Shown here piece by piece: positions 32,074 through 42,445 of a stretch of 64,000 bases of DNA. This DNA is from Candidatus Obscuribacterales bacterium. Lineage in GTDB: Bacteria; Cyanobacteriota; Vampirovibrionia; Obscuribacterales; Obscuribacteraceae. The stretch is taken from NCBI GenBank assembly GCA_965228855.1, contig CBDDIJ010000002.1, positions 448,001-512,000 on the forward strand, given 5' to 3'. The notes under the pieces were generated by a model that saw only the letters and a program-made list of their open reading frames with translations, had not been told where the DNA came from and ran no database searches. The translations under genes and the position numbers were made by a program. Positions within the stretch are counted from its first letter, which is position 1, and every line of letters begins with the position of its first letter.

Positions 32074-32125
32074 TGTCTATGACCCGATGACGGTTTCGGG
32101 AGAAAGCGTCAACGCCTCGTAGACA
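32074..32125. promoter_or_regulatory. 52-bp dyad element, locus 4
   Basis: TGTCTAT-GACCCGA-TGACG-GTTTCGGGAGAAAG-CGTCA-ACGCCTC-GTAGACA; boxes at 31988 (+) and 32217 (-); stem-loops at 31945-31971 and 32240-32269. Confidence 0.9.
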
Positions 32126-32320
32126 GCCACCCGGTTTTTGACATGCGGAATCCGATAGAGTCGCCCGAAAGCGCTACCGACATGAGGTCCTGAGTTTCGA
32201 AACGAATACGCTGGTATATAGTAGTTATTTTGCGAAAAAGGAACCAAGAGGTTTAACCCTCCTGGTCCCAGTCCTCATGCGACTCAACGGTTTGAACGAT
32301 GAGTGCGCACTTGAAAAAAC

Positions 32321-33631
32321 TTAGTCGGAGCCGCCACCGGAGTTGGTATCACCACCGAGACGCTTGAACGAATCGTAATAGCGCTTGAGCTCAGCGAACT
32401 CAGCAGCCATTTGCGTCGCGCCCTTGCCGGACGTGACGTCGTTTTCGTACTCCTTCGCGACCTCGACGAGACTGCGGCCGGCTTGGCGCAGCTGAACATC
32501 GGCAGCGATACAGTTGATCAGCGCCAGGCGACGCGTGAACAGCTTATCCGTGGTTGCGCAACGATCGCCGCCGATTTGACGCTCGAGCTCCTCGCATTCG
32601 ACCACCGCCTCGCGCAACGTGGCGAGCACCTCGCGGCGCAGAGCCTCAGCGGCAACGAGTTCGGAATACACGACGATGCGCTGGCTTTCGAACATCACAC
32701 GAGCGCGTTTCTGACGCTCCTGCTCGTCCTTCATCGCCTTCGGACCGGCGTATCCACACGTGCCGGGCGTGCCATCGAGCACATTCAGCAACCGATTGGC
32801 ATACTGACGCTCGTTGACCTTGCCCTTCTCACCGCTCCGAAGCGCGTTGGCGGCTTCTCGAGCCTTGCGCACAGCGATGTCGAGAGCGCTCAGCAAGTCT
32901 GAGAGCTTCTGCAGCGCTGGATGCTTGTCGTTGACGGTGTCGAGGAAAGGTTGAGCCGGGCAGACCCGCATCTCGTCTCGCTTGAAGTCCTTGCCGATGG
33001 CAGCGGGAGTGACAACCCCCTCCAGCGGATAGAGCTGCTGAAGCGAGGACCTCAGATCCTGATTCCCGAACGAATAGGTCCGCAACGACTTCACGAATTC
33101 GGCGACTTCGGCGAACGCGCCCTTGAGCGCAGCCAGTGAAGCCGAATCGCGATCAGCGTCGACGCGATTGGGAATGGAACCTTCTGCGAACATCGGGCGC
33201 CGGCGGCGGATTTCCTCGGCGCGCAGAGCCGCGTTGACCAGGATCGGCCGAAGCCAGGCATCAGCCGAGTGACGCTGTTCGCTGCTCGCCTGCTCAACGA
33301 CAAGCTTGATCGCTTCGAACAGATCACGCTGCACATTGCCGAGACGATCGCCCATCGAATAGAAACCGAAAAGGAGCGATTGCGCCAGAATCAGCGCCTC
33401 ACGCCGCTCCACGCGGAGAAATTCGAGACCCTCGGGATTATCCAGATTGGACTCGATTCGAGTCGTCCAGGCGCTCGCCTCCGTCTGCTGGAGAGAACGC
33501 GTCACTCCTTCGGCACGCCTTGTGATATCGGCGTCGAGTGCCAGCGCTTCTTCCATCATGCGTTCCAGCGCTTGCAGCGCGGGAGGATGAATTTCTTGGA
33601 CTGGGGTTTGGTACATAAGTCTTGTCTCCAT
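32321..33631 (-). CDS. hypothetical alpha-helical/coiled-coil protein
   Basis: 436-aa ORF rich in E/R/A/L; TTGACA on the minus strand at 33891-33896. Confidence 0.75.
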   Translation of the reverse strand: METRLMYQTPVQEIHPPALQALERMMEEALALDADITRRAEGVTRSLQQTEASAWTTRIESNLDNPEGLEFLRVERREALILAQSLLFGFYSMGDRLGNVQRDLFEAIKLVVEQASSEQRHSADAWLRPILVNAALRAEEIRRRRPMFAEGSIPNRVDADRDSASLAALKGAFAEVAEFVKSLRTYSFGNQDLRSSLQQLYPLEGVVTPAAIGKDFKRDEMRVCPAQPFLDTVNDKHPALQKLSDLLSALDIAVRKAREAANALRSGEKGKVNERQYANRLLNVLDGTPGTCGYAGPKAMKDEQERQKRARVMFESQRIVVYSELVAAEALRREVLATLREAVVECEELERQIGGDRCATTDKLFTRRLALINCIAADVQLRQAGRSLVEVAKEYENDVTSGKGATQMAAEFAELKRYYDSFKRLGGDTNSGGGSD

Positions 33632-34166
33632 GCCTGAGAGGTTAATGGCGAGGGACGTAGCTCAGGCGCGCTCCCACACCGGATGTCCGCGACAGGCAGA
33701 GTTGGAATTCCCCGGCTGTCGTTGTTGTGGACGGTTTACTTCTCCAGAATTCTGCTCACCGAAAAGCTCTGCCACGGACGATCCTCAGCGACTGGAAGTC
33801 AGCTCGCGTCATAGGAAATCGTGCACAGCAGTTTTGTTTAGCTTGGTTCGGTATTGGAAAAGAGAAGTAGATGAAACCTAAACGATCTCTTGTCAACATA
33901 TCAACAATAAGCCCCTTGCATGAATTCGCTTTTACCAAATCCTGCTTTCGGAGCTGCCGCTAACGCGTCTTCTTTCTTAACATGCGACAGTGCCGCTCGG
34001 TCAATGCCACTGTATGTGATACCAGACCAATCACGTTTTCGTCTGCATTTTGAAAAACGGAAGCGAGCAGTTAATGTTGTCAAGAAGATTAAGATTGACA
34101 GGTTCAGCGCTGACAGCCACTAGGATAGTCACAAGTTCAATTCCCGCCTGCAACTGAGCTAAAAAT

Positions 34167-34664
34167 ATGCATCATCACCATACCCAGATGTCGCCCGGTC
34201 TTCGGAATTTCCTATATGTCTGCTACATGGTCGCATTCGGTTTCGCCGCTTTCACTGTGTTCTTCATGGCAAAGGAGACGGAAACCTGGCTTCCCACGCA
34301 TGGTGTGGTTCAAAACAATACCGTCGAGAAGCGCACCATCGCCTATTGCGTCGGGAAGAAAACCTTCCGAACCTCGAACGAAAACCTGCTCAATATGCTG
34401 GAACAGAAGATTGGCATGCAGATCCCATACAGCCGTCCCGGACAATCTAAGCAAACGTGGAACGGCGTCGACCCTGAAATCGGCCGCTCTGTCACGGTCT
34501 ACTACAACCCCCAAAATTCAGCAGAGGCAGTTGTGCTGCCCGGATGGTCCGGACCGGTCGTAATCGTGGGAATATGCACAGCTATACCCCTGTTTCTTAT
34601 GGCTTGGCTGTCGCTGGTAGGCGACTGGGACGTTTCGCCCTGCTTCGGCGACGACGATTACTAA
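34167..34664 (+). CDS. DUF3592-like membrane protein
   Basis: TM-W..T.G.V...Y.V..K...G..V.VYYNP.N..EAV-TM pattern. Confidence 0.75.
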   Translation: MHHHHTQMSPGLRNFLYVCYMVAFGFAAFTVFFMAKETETWLPTHGVVQNNTVEKRTIAYCVGKKTFRTSNENLLNMLEQKIGMQIPYSRPGQSKQTWNGVDPEIGRSVTVYYNPQNSAEAVVLPGWSGPVVIVGICTAIPLFLMAWLSLVGDWDVSPCFGDDDY

Positions 34665-34959
34665 CTCTGTACCAATATATAGGATCACAAGAGGACCAAT
34701 TTGGCTGCGCCACGGCGAAAGGTTCAAAAACTCAAGCACACGAAACTCCTATAGGTTGCAAAGCGACCCTGTTTACTCTAGGTTCAGAAATCATGTTTGA
34801 TACTTGAACTAAACCTTCAACCTCGCCGCACTTCTGTATCTCGCTGAATTCGCCAACTGTTCCGAGCTTGTCCAACCAGGTTCGGTTTATGCTCGCCTGG
34901 AACAGCTCGGAACCGAAACAGAGTGCCGCCCCCATTCATACCTCACCTGGAGTCCTATC

Positions 34960-35403
34960 GTGAAAATCGCTATCTTGCTGGTTCTCGTGGTCATCGCACT
35001 GCAGCTGTTTTGGAACGGTCGCCGTCTGCTCGCTGGGTGTGCCAACGTTCGAAACCTGCAGCAGAAGAACGCTTTCGTAGAACAACTCATGACGAAATTC
35101 GGCGAACAGCGCGAATTGCTGAAAGAGTTGCATGCATCCTTCCACCTCGCCTACCGCGATGAAGACAGCCGCACCAAGTGGCTGCTCGTGGAGCATTGGA
35201 AACAGGATGCCGTGAAACACCTTTGCGAGTTCGATTTCGCGGGCGCACTGGCACGTATGACACACGCCGTCGAGCAAGCCCGGCGTCTCATCGAAGACAC
35301 TCAGAGCATTTCTCCGAGCATCTCCGTCGGTCACGTGCGCGCGTTTCTGGAACGTCAACGCCTCGGCATGTCGCTTAAAGGCGCACCGCTCGAGTTCGTT
35401 TAA
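34960..35403 (+). CDS. hypothetical membrane-anchored protein
   Basis: GGAG RBS, GTG start, N-terminal TM; stem-loop at 35411-35438. Confidence 0.65.
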   Translation: MKIAILLVLVVIALQLFWNGRRLLAGCANVRNLQQKNAFVEQLMTKFGEQRELLKELHASFHLAYRDEDSRTKWLLVEHWKQDAVKHLCEFDFAGALARMTHAVEQARRLIEDTQSISPSISVGHVRAFLERQRLGMSLKGAPLEFV

Positions 35404-35534
35404 ACCCACCGCAAGAAGCCGCATCCCGGGCTTCTTGCCTAAAAAACCGCCTACTACGCAATGTACTAACTTCATTTCTGAAAAATGCCTTGCTCACTGA
35501 GGTCTGGACATGAGCAATAAAAAGCTGAACACTT

Positions 35535-35586
35535 TGTCTATCCACGAATGACGCATTTGCCGAAATCCGGCATTGTCAGATAGACA
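35535..35586. promoter_or_regulatory. 52-bp dyad element, locus 5
   Basis: TGTCTAT-CCACGAA-TGACG-CATTTGCCGAAATC-CGGCA-TTGTCAG-ATAGACA; boxes CTACTACG at 35451 (+) and TATAGTAG at 35762 (-). Confidence 0.88.
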
Positions 35587-35844
35587 AGCGAATTCGAGGG
35601 CGATATTTTTGGCAAGTACAAATCTACCAATATCTTGCATATTAATATAGTCAATTATTACTTCAATCCTTTATACCGCATCACGCAACGCTCACAGAAG
35701 ACGGCCAAAAGTCAGCCTCGCAAAACTCAGAAATTTTTTTCAGCCCGATTATACTTATCCTTATAGTAGCAAAGTTTTTTAAAGGCTCGGTTCAGAAAGG
35801 GGGTTCCTTTCCAAACCGAGCGAAACCGGGATTGAACCCGTGCG

Positions 35845-36141
35845 TCAGCCGCCGATGACCTTGGCCTCGATGAAGCCGAGTTCGGCGAGCTTAGCCGCGA
35901 TGACGCGATGGCGACCGTCTTCGACGTTATAGCCACCGCCCGCACGCGGACGCAGAACAACACGAACCATTTCGCGGCCGTCCTCGAAGTCCTGGCGCAT
36001 CTGCTCGATCTGACCGAAGTCGCGGTCGAGCAGCTTCTTCCAGGTGCTTTCGGAAACGTACACCTCATCGAGGCGGACGAAGATGGTATCGTCAGCGGTC
36101 GCCTCTTCGTAGAAGCGATCGCGCTTGTAGGACTTGCCCAT
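35845..36141 (-). CDS. small ParB/Srx N-terminal-like domain protein
   Basis: AGGAGG RBS; Y.VEDGRHRV.AAK motif; stem-loop at 35786-35820. Confidence 0.75.
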   Translation of the reverse strand: MGKSYKRDRFYEEATADDTIFVRLDEVYVSESTWKKLLDRDFGQIEQMRQDFEDGREMVRVVLRPRAGGGYNVEDGRHRVIAAKLAELGFIEAKVIGG

Positions 36142-36430
36142 GGTGCCTCCTGATAGGAGGGCCAGGTGCAAGATTGGAAATGAATGGAACCTACGAATCG
36201 ACAGCCGGAGCTGCTTTCATCGCATGCTCACATCCGGGCATTCGTCTGAACGCCCTTCTGCACCGGCCCTACCGTATCTTCGGCATGGGATGTCCTCCTT
36301 TGAGTTCGGTCATATAGAACCTTGGGTTGAGGGTTTCGGTTTCGCACAATCCGGCTCCGCACGGAAGATGGCGACAGTTACCCGTCGTCACCCTTCCGTG
36401 CAGAAACCGAATCACGCAGCCGGACTGCGC

Positions 36431-38155
36431 TTACTCGCTCTCGCCGTCCCGCTTCGCCTCTTCCTTGCGGCGGCGATTGGCGAGGACGTGATTGCTGGCA
36501 GCGAAGACGATGAGCAGCATGAACAGAGCGCAGCCGGCAGCGATTGCCACCGGGTTGCTCGTCCAGTCGCCCTCGCCGAACTGCTTCTTGGCGTCGTCCT
36601 TGACGGGCGCCGTCAGCGGGTCCGGGTGGTTCGCCTTCAGCAGCTTGATGGCTGCGTCGAGCTGTTCGTCGACCTTGGCGCCCGGCGTACGCTCGACCAC
36701 GACCTGCGGGGGGATGCCCTTGTTCGACAGGTTGTAGCCGGACGGCGTCAGGTAGTCCATGGTCGTGATGTACATGGTCCCACCCGGAGGGATGCCACCC
36801 GAGATGTAGCCCACGCCCTTGCCGTAGGTCGTGGTACCGAGGATGGTGGCGCGACCGGAGTCCTTGAGGGCACCGGTGACGATCTCCGAGGAGCTCGCCG
36901 AGCTGCCGTCGACCAGAACGACCATCGGGACCTTGTAGAAGTCCGTGATCAAGGTGACGATCTCTTGCGGGGCGCCCATGAAGTCATGCTTCAGCGGAGC
37001 GATCGTCTCGTAGCTCTGGTGAGTGACCATGCGGCCCTCACGCGTAGTGCTGTTGACGATGGTGCCCTTCTCCATGAAGATGCTGGCCACCTGCAGCGCG
37101 ATGTCGACGACGCCGCCGGGGTTGCCGCGCAGGTCGAAGATCAGCCCATTGAGATGCCCACCGGAAGCCATGTGCATCTGCTGCAGACCGCGGACGAACA
37201 GCGGGAAAGCCTGCTCATCGAACTGGGGAAGACGGATGTAGCCGATGTTACCCGGCATGACATTGACGACGACCGCAGCATCGGCAGCCGGCGCTACGGT
37301 GAGAACTTCCTTGTACTCCTTGCCGTTGCGGCTGAGCACAAGTTCGATCCTCGCGCCGTCTTTGCCCTCGAGCAGAGCTTCCGCGTCCTCCTTGCTGAGC
37401 CCCTTGAGCGGCTTGCCGTTCGCGGAGATCAGGTCATCGTACTTGTGGATGCCCGACTTGTAGCTCGGCGTTCCCCAAGTCGTGTAGTCGACCCGGTAGG
37501 AGCCATCCGGCTTCTGGACGATCCAGATGCCCAGGTCGGAGATTCCGGCCTCGGCGTTGGCGCGCGCCTTCTTGATCTCGGTCGTGGTGATGTACTTCGT
37601 CCAGGGGTCGTGCAGGCTGCCCAGCATCTCCTTGAGAGCGTTTTCGAGCTCCTCGGGAGTGGTGAGCTTGCCCTTGTACTTGTCCTGGTACTTGTACCAA
37701 TCCGCCAGCCGATCCGGGTCGTGGTACGACTGGGCGACCTGCTGCCAGACCTTCTGATAGACGGTCTCGAGCATCTCGGGCGTGGGCTTGCCGGGCGCGC
37801 CCTGATTGCGACCGAAGAGCTGCTGGATCATCCGGGGGTCCGTGATGATCTGCAGTTCGCCGGGAACCTGCGGAGCGACCACCGGAGTGTCCGGCTTGGC
37901 AGGCGCGGCGCTCGGCGCAGGGGTAGTTGGCGCCGTCGTGGGGGCGGCGCTCGGAACAGGCGTCGGCGCGGGCGTGGGCACGGCCGGGGTCTGCGGGGCA
38001 GGAGCCTTGGGGGCTCCGGAATTCGGGACGACATCCAGCCCCAGGAAGGGATGGGCGGGCGTAGCTTTCGGCTCATCGGCGACGGAGTACGTCGCGCCAG
38101 TGACCGCGAGGAACGCCAGCATCGTCGCGCTGACGATGATTTTTCTTACCGACAT
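36431..38155 (-). CDS. S41A C-terminal processing peptidase with PDZ, Pro/Ala linker and C-terminal TM
   Basis: SLHDPWT.Y, IGYIRL, DLRGNPGG, SASSSE, TYGKG. Confidence 0.93.
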   Translation of the reverse strand: MSVRKIIVSATMLAFLAVTGATYSVADEPKATPAHPFLGLDVVPNSGAPKAPAPQTPAVPTPAPTPVPSAAPTTAPTTPAPSAAPAKPDTPVVAPQVPGELQIITDPRMIQQLFGRNQGAPGKPTPEMLETVYQKVWQQVAQSYHDPDRLADWYKYQDKYKGKLTTPEELENALKEMLGSLHDPWTKYITTTEIKKARANAEAGISDLGIWIVQKPDGSYRVDYTTWGTPSYKSGIHKYDDLISANGKPLKGLSKEDAEALLEGKDGARIELVLSRNGKEYKEVLTVAPAADAAVVVNVMPGNIGYIRLPQFDEQAFPLFVRGLQQMHMASGGHLNGLIFDLRGNPGGVVDIALQVASIFMEKGTIVNSTTREGRMVTHQSYETIAPLKHDFMGAPQEIVTLITDFYKVPMVVLVDGSSASSSEIVTGALKDSGRATILGTTTYGKGVGYISGGIPPGGTMYITTMDYLTPSGYNLSNKGIPPQVVVERTPGAKVDEQLDAAIKLLKANHPDPLTAPVKDDAKKQFGEGDWTSNPVAIAAGCALFMLLIVFAASNHVLANRRRKEEAKRDGESE

Positions 38156-38238
38156 GGTATTGTCCTCAAGTTAAAGTTGCGGCAAAGGCGCGACACCACA
38201 TCTGGTATCGCGCCTTGCCTTTGTTGAAACTAGAAGTC

Positions 38239-39855
38239 TTACTTGGTCGGCGCCGCCGGAGCGGTGCCGGTGCCGTTGCCGCTGAGCGCCTTCTTGGCCG
38301 CGTCGAGTTCCTTCTGGAACGCATCGACATTGGCCTTGCGAGTGTCCTCGCTCTTCTTGGCGTGAGCTTCGGCCTTGGTGACCGCATCCTGGACAGCCTT
38401 CTTGGCGGCGTCCAGCTGCATGTCCTTGGTCGGATCGACGATCACCTCATCGGGGTTGGTCACCTCGATATCGGGAATCACGCCGACCCAGTCCATGGGC
38501 ACACCACCGGGGAGGAACTCGAAGGTGGTGACGTGGATGTTGCGGTCGAACGGCAGCGGCACGACCTGCTGGCCGACGCCCTTGCCATGCGACGTCTTGC
38601 CGACGATGACGGCGCGCTTGTTGGCCTGCAGGAGCCCCGAGAGAATCTCGGAAGCCGAAGCAGAGCCTTCGTCGATGAGGACAGCGATCGGCATGTCCTC
38701 GGGAACGATCATCTCCTCGCGTTCACCGCTGACCATCCCGATCTTGCCGGGCTGCGCGCTGGACTTCATCAGCTGGAGAGCGAACTCCGGCTGCAGGACG
38801 GTCTTGGTCTCGACCATGGCGTCGCCACGGCGCTCCTTCATGGTCAGCAGGGTGCCTTCCTTGAGGATGAACTGACCGACCGTCTCGACGGCATCCAGGC
38901 GACCGCCCGGGTTGCCGCGCAGGTCGATGACGATGCCCTTGCCCTTGGCGGCGTTGGTGAGCGCCTCGTACATCTCCTTCTCGACGAACCGGCTGGACCA
39001 GTCGTTGAGCTTGATGTAGGTGATGCCGTTGCCGAGGTCCTTGACCTTGGTCACCTTGGACACGACCTGGGCGCGGGTGATGTCGATGGTCTGTTCGACC
39101 GTACCACCCTTGCCGTCGTCGCGCGTGACGGTGATCTTGACGACGGTGCCCGCCTTGCCGCGAATGGTCTTCACGACATCGTCCAGGCTCTTGCCGTTGA
39201 CGTCGGCGCCGTCCACCTTGGTGATCCGGTCACCCTTCTTGATGCCGGACTTCTCGGCAGGACCACCTTCCATCGGCTCTTCGACGATGATCGGATGGGC
39301 GTCCGAAACCGCTTTCAGCGGCTCGAAGATCTGCTTGAGCTGTTCCTTCGTGGCCTTCTCGCCGAGCTTGCGAGCCTGGAGGATGGCTTCCGCCTGCCCC
39401 TTCAGCTTGAGCTGGGCGCCGATGCCGACGAGCGTGGCATCGAACTGCTCGCGCTCGGCCTTGTTGCGAGCCGGCGGGTTGTAGTAGTCGAAGCGCTGCC
39501 CGAGGCTCTGGATCATCTCATAGACAGCCTTGTCGGCCGACTCTTCGGTGTCGAGAGCGTTGTCATTGGCATGCTTGTTCTCCCACTCGGCGGCCCACTT
39601 GGCGCGCGCGGCGGGGTCCGACAGCGTGATGTGCCGGTCGCGGAGGTTTTCGAAAACCTCCTTGTAGAGCTTCTTGCCGTCGAACTGGACGGCCGGTGCG
39701 GTCGCCGGAGCCGACTTGGCGGGGGCGACGGTGGACTGAGCGACAGGGCTCGAAACAGGCGTGTCGTCTGCCGACGCGAAGGTCAGCGGCGCGGACAGCA
39801 TGAAAGCCGCCACGGCAAGAGCGAACACGCGCGAGGCGATGTTTCGCGATTTCAT
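38239..39855 (-). CDS. S41A C-terminal processing peptidase with PDZ
   Basis: GIGA, GPAEKSGI..GD, DLRGNPGG, SASASE, SHGKG. Confidence 0.93.
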   Translation of the reverse strand: MKSRNIASRVFALAVAAFMLSAPLTFASADDTPVSSPVAQSTVAPAKSAPATAPAVQFDGKKLYKEVFENLRDRHITLSDPAARAKWAAEWENKHANDNALDTEESADKAVYEMIQSLGQRFDYYNPPARNKAEREQFDATLVGIGAQLKLKGQAEAILQARKLGEKATKEQLKQIFEPLKAVSDAHPIIVEEPMEGGPAEKSGIKKGDRITKVDGADVNGKSLDDVVKTIRGKAGTVVKITVTRDDGKGGTVEQTIDITRAQVVSKVTKVKDLGNGITYIKLNDWSSRFVEKEMYEALTNAAKGKGIVIDLRGNPGGRLDAVETVGQFILKEGTLLTMKERRGDAMVETKTVLQPEFALQLMKSSAQPGKIGMVSGEREEMIVPEDMPIAVLIDEGSASASEILSGLLQANKRAVIVGKTSHGKGVGQQVVPLPFDRNIHVTTFEFLPGGVPMDWVGVIPDIEVTNPDEVIVDPTKDMQLDAAKKAVQDAVTKAEAHAKKSEDTRKANVDAFQKELDAAKKALSGNGTGTAPAAPTK

Positions 39856-40249
39856 GGTATTGCTCCTAAAGTTGAATTCTTCGGTTGCGACCCCTTTGGA
39901 TGGGGACAGGGTTAGAAGAGTGGTCTAGAGCGTTGAAAACATGAGGTGACGGCTTGCCACGCGCATGGGAGTCAAAGGATGGCCGCAGGTTTGGACAACT
40001 GCCAGCCATTCCTTGACACCACATGTGGTGACAAGGTCCAGTTCGGGATGAAGCGTGCTCTAACGCCCGACCCGTTACGCACGAGTCGACTGGAACCACC
40101 TGAGGGAAGGCGCACTTGACGATGAGCGTCCGCATCTGCTCAGCGACAACTACGCCCTCCCGACATCCGGCACCGGTCTGATTGCTCAGAACCGGCACCG
40201 AATGTGGTGGCTTAGGTCGACTGGCAGACTGTTGCCGATGCTACCGTAT

Positions 40250-41389
40250 TTAGCGCTGCTCCCAGGGCCGCGGGACGAGCTGCTCGATCTGCTTGAGCAG
40301 TTCGCGATTCTCCTCATCCGAGAGCGTGGCACCGTGGTACAGCACCCGTTCGCACTTCGTCAGCGCACTCTCGATCTTGTCGAGCTCGGGGTCACCCTCG
40401 AGCCGGTCGCGCACCTCGAGGAAGGTGGCGGGTTCGATCGGCACGCCCTTGGTCGCGCCCAGATAACGCCGGAACGCCGACGCGATCTGCTTGTAGTGCC
40501 TGTACTCGAAGCCTTCCGCCTTCGCTTCCGCGAAGACCTTGTCGAAGACCTTCCAGGCAGCCGCCTTGGGAGGCAGCACCTTGCGCGGACGCACGCGATT
40601 GATGTACTTCGCCACTTCGATGCCGGGCAGGAGCCCGATCATGAAGATGGCGAGCGCAATCACGGGGATGATCATCCAGGACGAACCGAGAGGCTTGGCC
40701 TCCAGGTCGCCCTCGAGCAGCGCTTCGCCGTTGTCCGCCGTGGGCGAACGCGAGACGACGAAGTCAGGCGTGGTCAGGCGCTTGAAGTTGGGCGTCTTGC
40801 CGTCGGGCGCAAGCTCGGTGGCGTAGCGCAGGTCGAGGTTGAACACCACGTTGTCCTTCGGCACCCAGGTCACGACCGTGAGGTCGAGCCGATAGAGCAC
40901 CTTGCCGTTCTGCAGCTTCTGGCTGCGAACCACCGCCGGGGCAGCGAGTTCGAAGTCGGAGCCCTCGAAGCCGAGGACTTCCTGCTTCAGCGACGTGAAG
41001 TCGATCGTGACGTTCGGGTCGACGGCGATCAGCACGACCAGGGGAATCCGGTCGCCGATGCGGTAGCCGAAGTGGCGCGCGTTGCCCAGTCGAATCTCGA
41101 CCTTGCCGTCTTCGCAGACTTTGCGGACCGGATTCTGGGGCTTGGGAGGCTCGGGCGGCTGAGCATTGTAGCCGCCGCCGTCCTCGGGATATTCATAGGG
41201 GTAGCCGCCGTACGCCGGCGCCTGTGCCCCCGATGCGTCGGCCATGACACCGCAGGCGGTGCTGGCCTTGCTCTGGGCGGAGCCCGGACCGGCAGCCTGC
41301 GCCGCCGCATCCTGAGCCATCGCGGTTGCTCCGACGGCGACCGTCAGAGCGAGAACCAGAGCCTTCAATCCAAACAGTTTCGTTTTCAT
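40250..41389 (-). CDS. exported/membrane-anchored protein (BatD-like position), paralog of 22527..23642
   Basis: Signal peptide, HFGYRIGDRIP, KRLTTPDFVVS, one TM. Confidence 0.78.
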   Translation of the reverse strand: MKTKLFGLKALVLALTVAVGATAMAQDAAAQAAGPGSAQSKASTACGVMADASGAQAPAYGGYPYEYPEDGGGYNAQPPEPPKPQNPVRKVCEDGKVEIRLGNARHFGYRIGDRIPLVVLIAVDPNVTIDFTSLKQEVLGFEGSDFELAAPAVVRSQKLQNGKVLYRLDLTVVTWVPKDNVVFNLDLRYATELAPDGKTPNFKRLTTPDFVVSRSPTADNGEALLEGDLEAKPLGSSWMIIPVIALAIFMIGLLPGIEVAKYINRVRPRKVLPPKAAAWKVFDKVFAEAKAEGFEYRHYKQIASAFRRYLGATKGVPIEPATFLEVRDRLEGDPELDKIESALTKCERVLYHGATLSDEENRELLKQIEQLVPRPWEQR

Positions 41390-41401
41390 GATTTTGGCTC
41401 C

Positions 41402-42346
41402 TTACCGACGGTGTCCAGCGAACAACCGCATGAGTTTGGGATAAGCGGCGACGCCTTCTTCGGTCGAAACAACCGTCCAGTCGACGTGCGCCGAACGGAA
41501 GAACTCGAAGAGGGCAGTCTCATGCCGTTGGAAGTTCTCGGCGAACTTGGCGCGATTGGCCTTGCTCAGCCAGATCGAACGGCGCTCGCCAGTGAGCAGG
41601 TCCTGGAAGGTGTAAACACCGAACCCGCTGGGGAGCTCGCGTTCACGCAGGTCCTGCACACAGATGCAGACGACGTCATGCTTGACGGCCGTCCGCTTCA
41701 GAAGCGTCTTCTCCTCGTCCGTGAGGTTGAGGAAGTCCGAGATGATGAACACCAGGGACCGGCTCTGTCCGCTGACGGCCTTGAGGGCCTTCATCAGACC
41801 AGTGGTACCGTCCTTGGTGTCTCCACCGCGGCGGGCGGCACGCTCGATCGCCGAACCTTCGACAATCGAGGCAAGCGCGGGGAAGAGCATGACCTTGGCG
41901 CTGCGCGCCGGGAGGTAACGCTCGACCGCCTTTTCCGAGTAGGCGATGATGCCGACGCGGTCGCCGGTTTCGTCCGCCGACTTGATGATCGAACCGGTCA
42001 GTTCGCCGGCAAGATGCCGTTTGATGGTACGGAACGAACCGAACTCCATCGTCATACCGGTGTCGACCAGGCAGTACATCTTCACGTCACGCGGTTCCCG
42101 ATAGAAAACCGTGCAGACCGTCTGACCGCCCGTTTGTGCCGTGGCGTGCCAGTCGATCGAACGCGGATCGTCACCGGGCTCGTAAACACCGCGAGAAACA
42201 AGATCGTATCCCGTATTCCCGCGCTTCTTGCCCTTACGGCCAGCCCCGGAGGGCATGGCAGTCGAGCTGCGCCAGGTAATCGGGATCGGATGAGAAACGA
42301 CCCACTTAACGAGTTCGCGGACCGTTTCCCGTGTATTTGTCTTCAT
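41402..42346 (-). CDS. DUF58-family protein
   Basis: YEPGDDPRSIDWHATA, GDRVG, IISDF, DLRERELP. Confidence 0.92.
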   Translation of the reverse strand: MKTNTRETVRELVKWVVSHPIPITWRSSTAMPSGAGRKGKKRGNTGYDLVSRGVYEPGDDPRSIDWHATAQTGGQTVCTVFYREPRDVKMYCLVDTGMTMEFGSFRTIKRHLAGELTGSIIKSADETGDRVGIIAYSEKAVERYLPARSAKVMLFPALASIVEGSAIERAARRGGDTKDGTTGLMKALKAVSGQSRSLVFIISDFLNLTDEEKTLLKRTAVKHDVVCICVQDLRERELPSGFGVYTFQDLLTGERRSIWLSKANRAKFAENFQRHETALFEFFRSAHVDWTVVSTEEGVAAYPKLMRLFAGHRR

Positions 42347-42445
42347 GTGAATACTCCGGAAGCGGTTTGAGTTAGTTCAGCCGAGAGCGGCGATCACTAA
42401 ATAGCGACCGCCGCTCTGGCTTGGTAATAAGTACCGAACGACCGG

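Noticed and set aside
32074..32125. Dyad as a MITE (TGT...ACA ends) or integron attC site
   Set aside because: No target-site duplications in the flanks; no RYYYAAC/GTTRRRY cores; N7 arms mostly do not pair; genes converge on it rather than forming a tandem array
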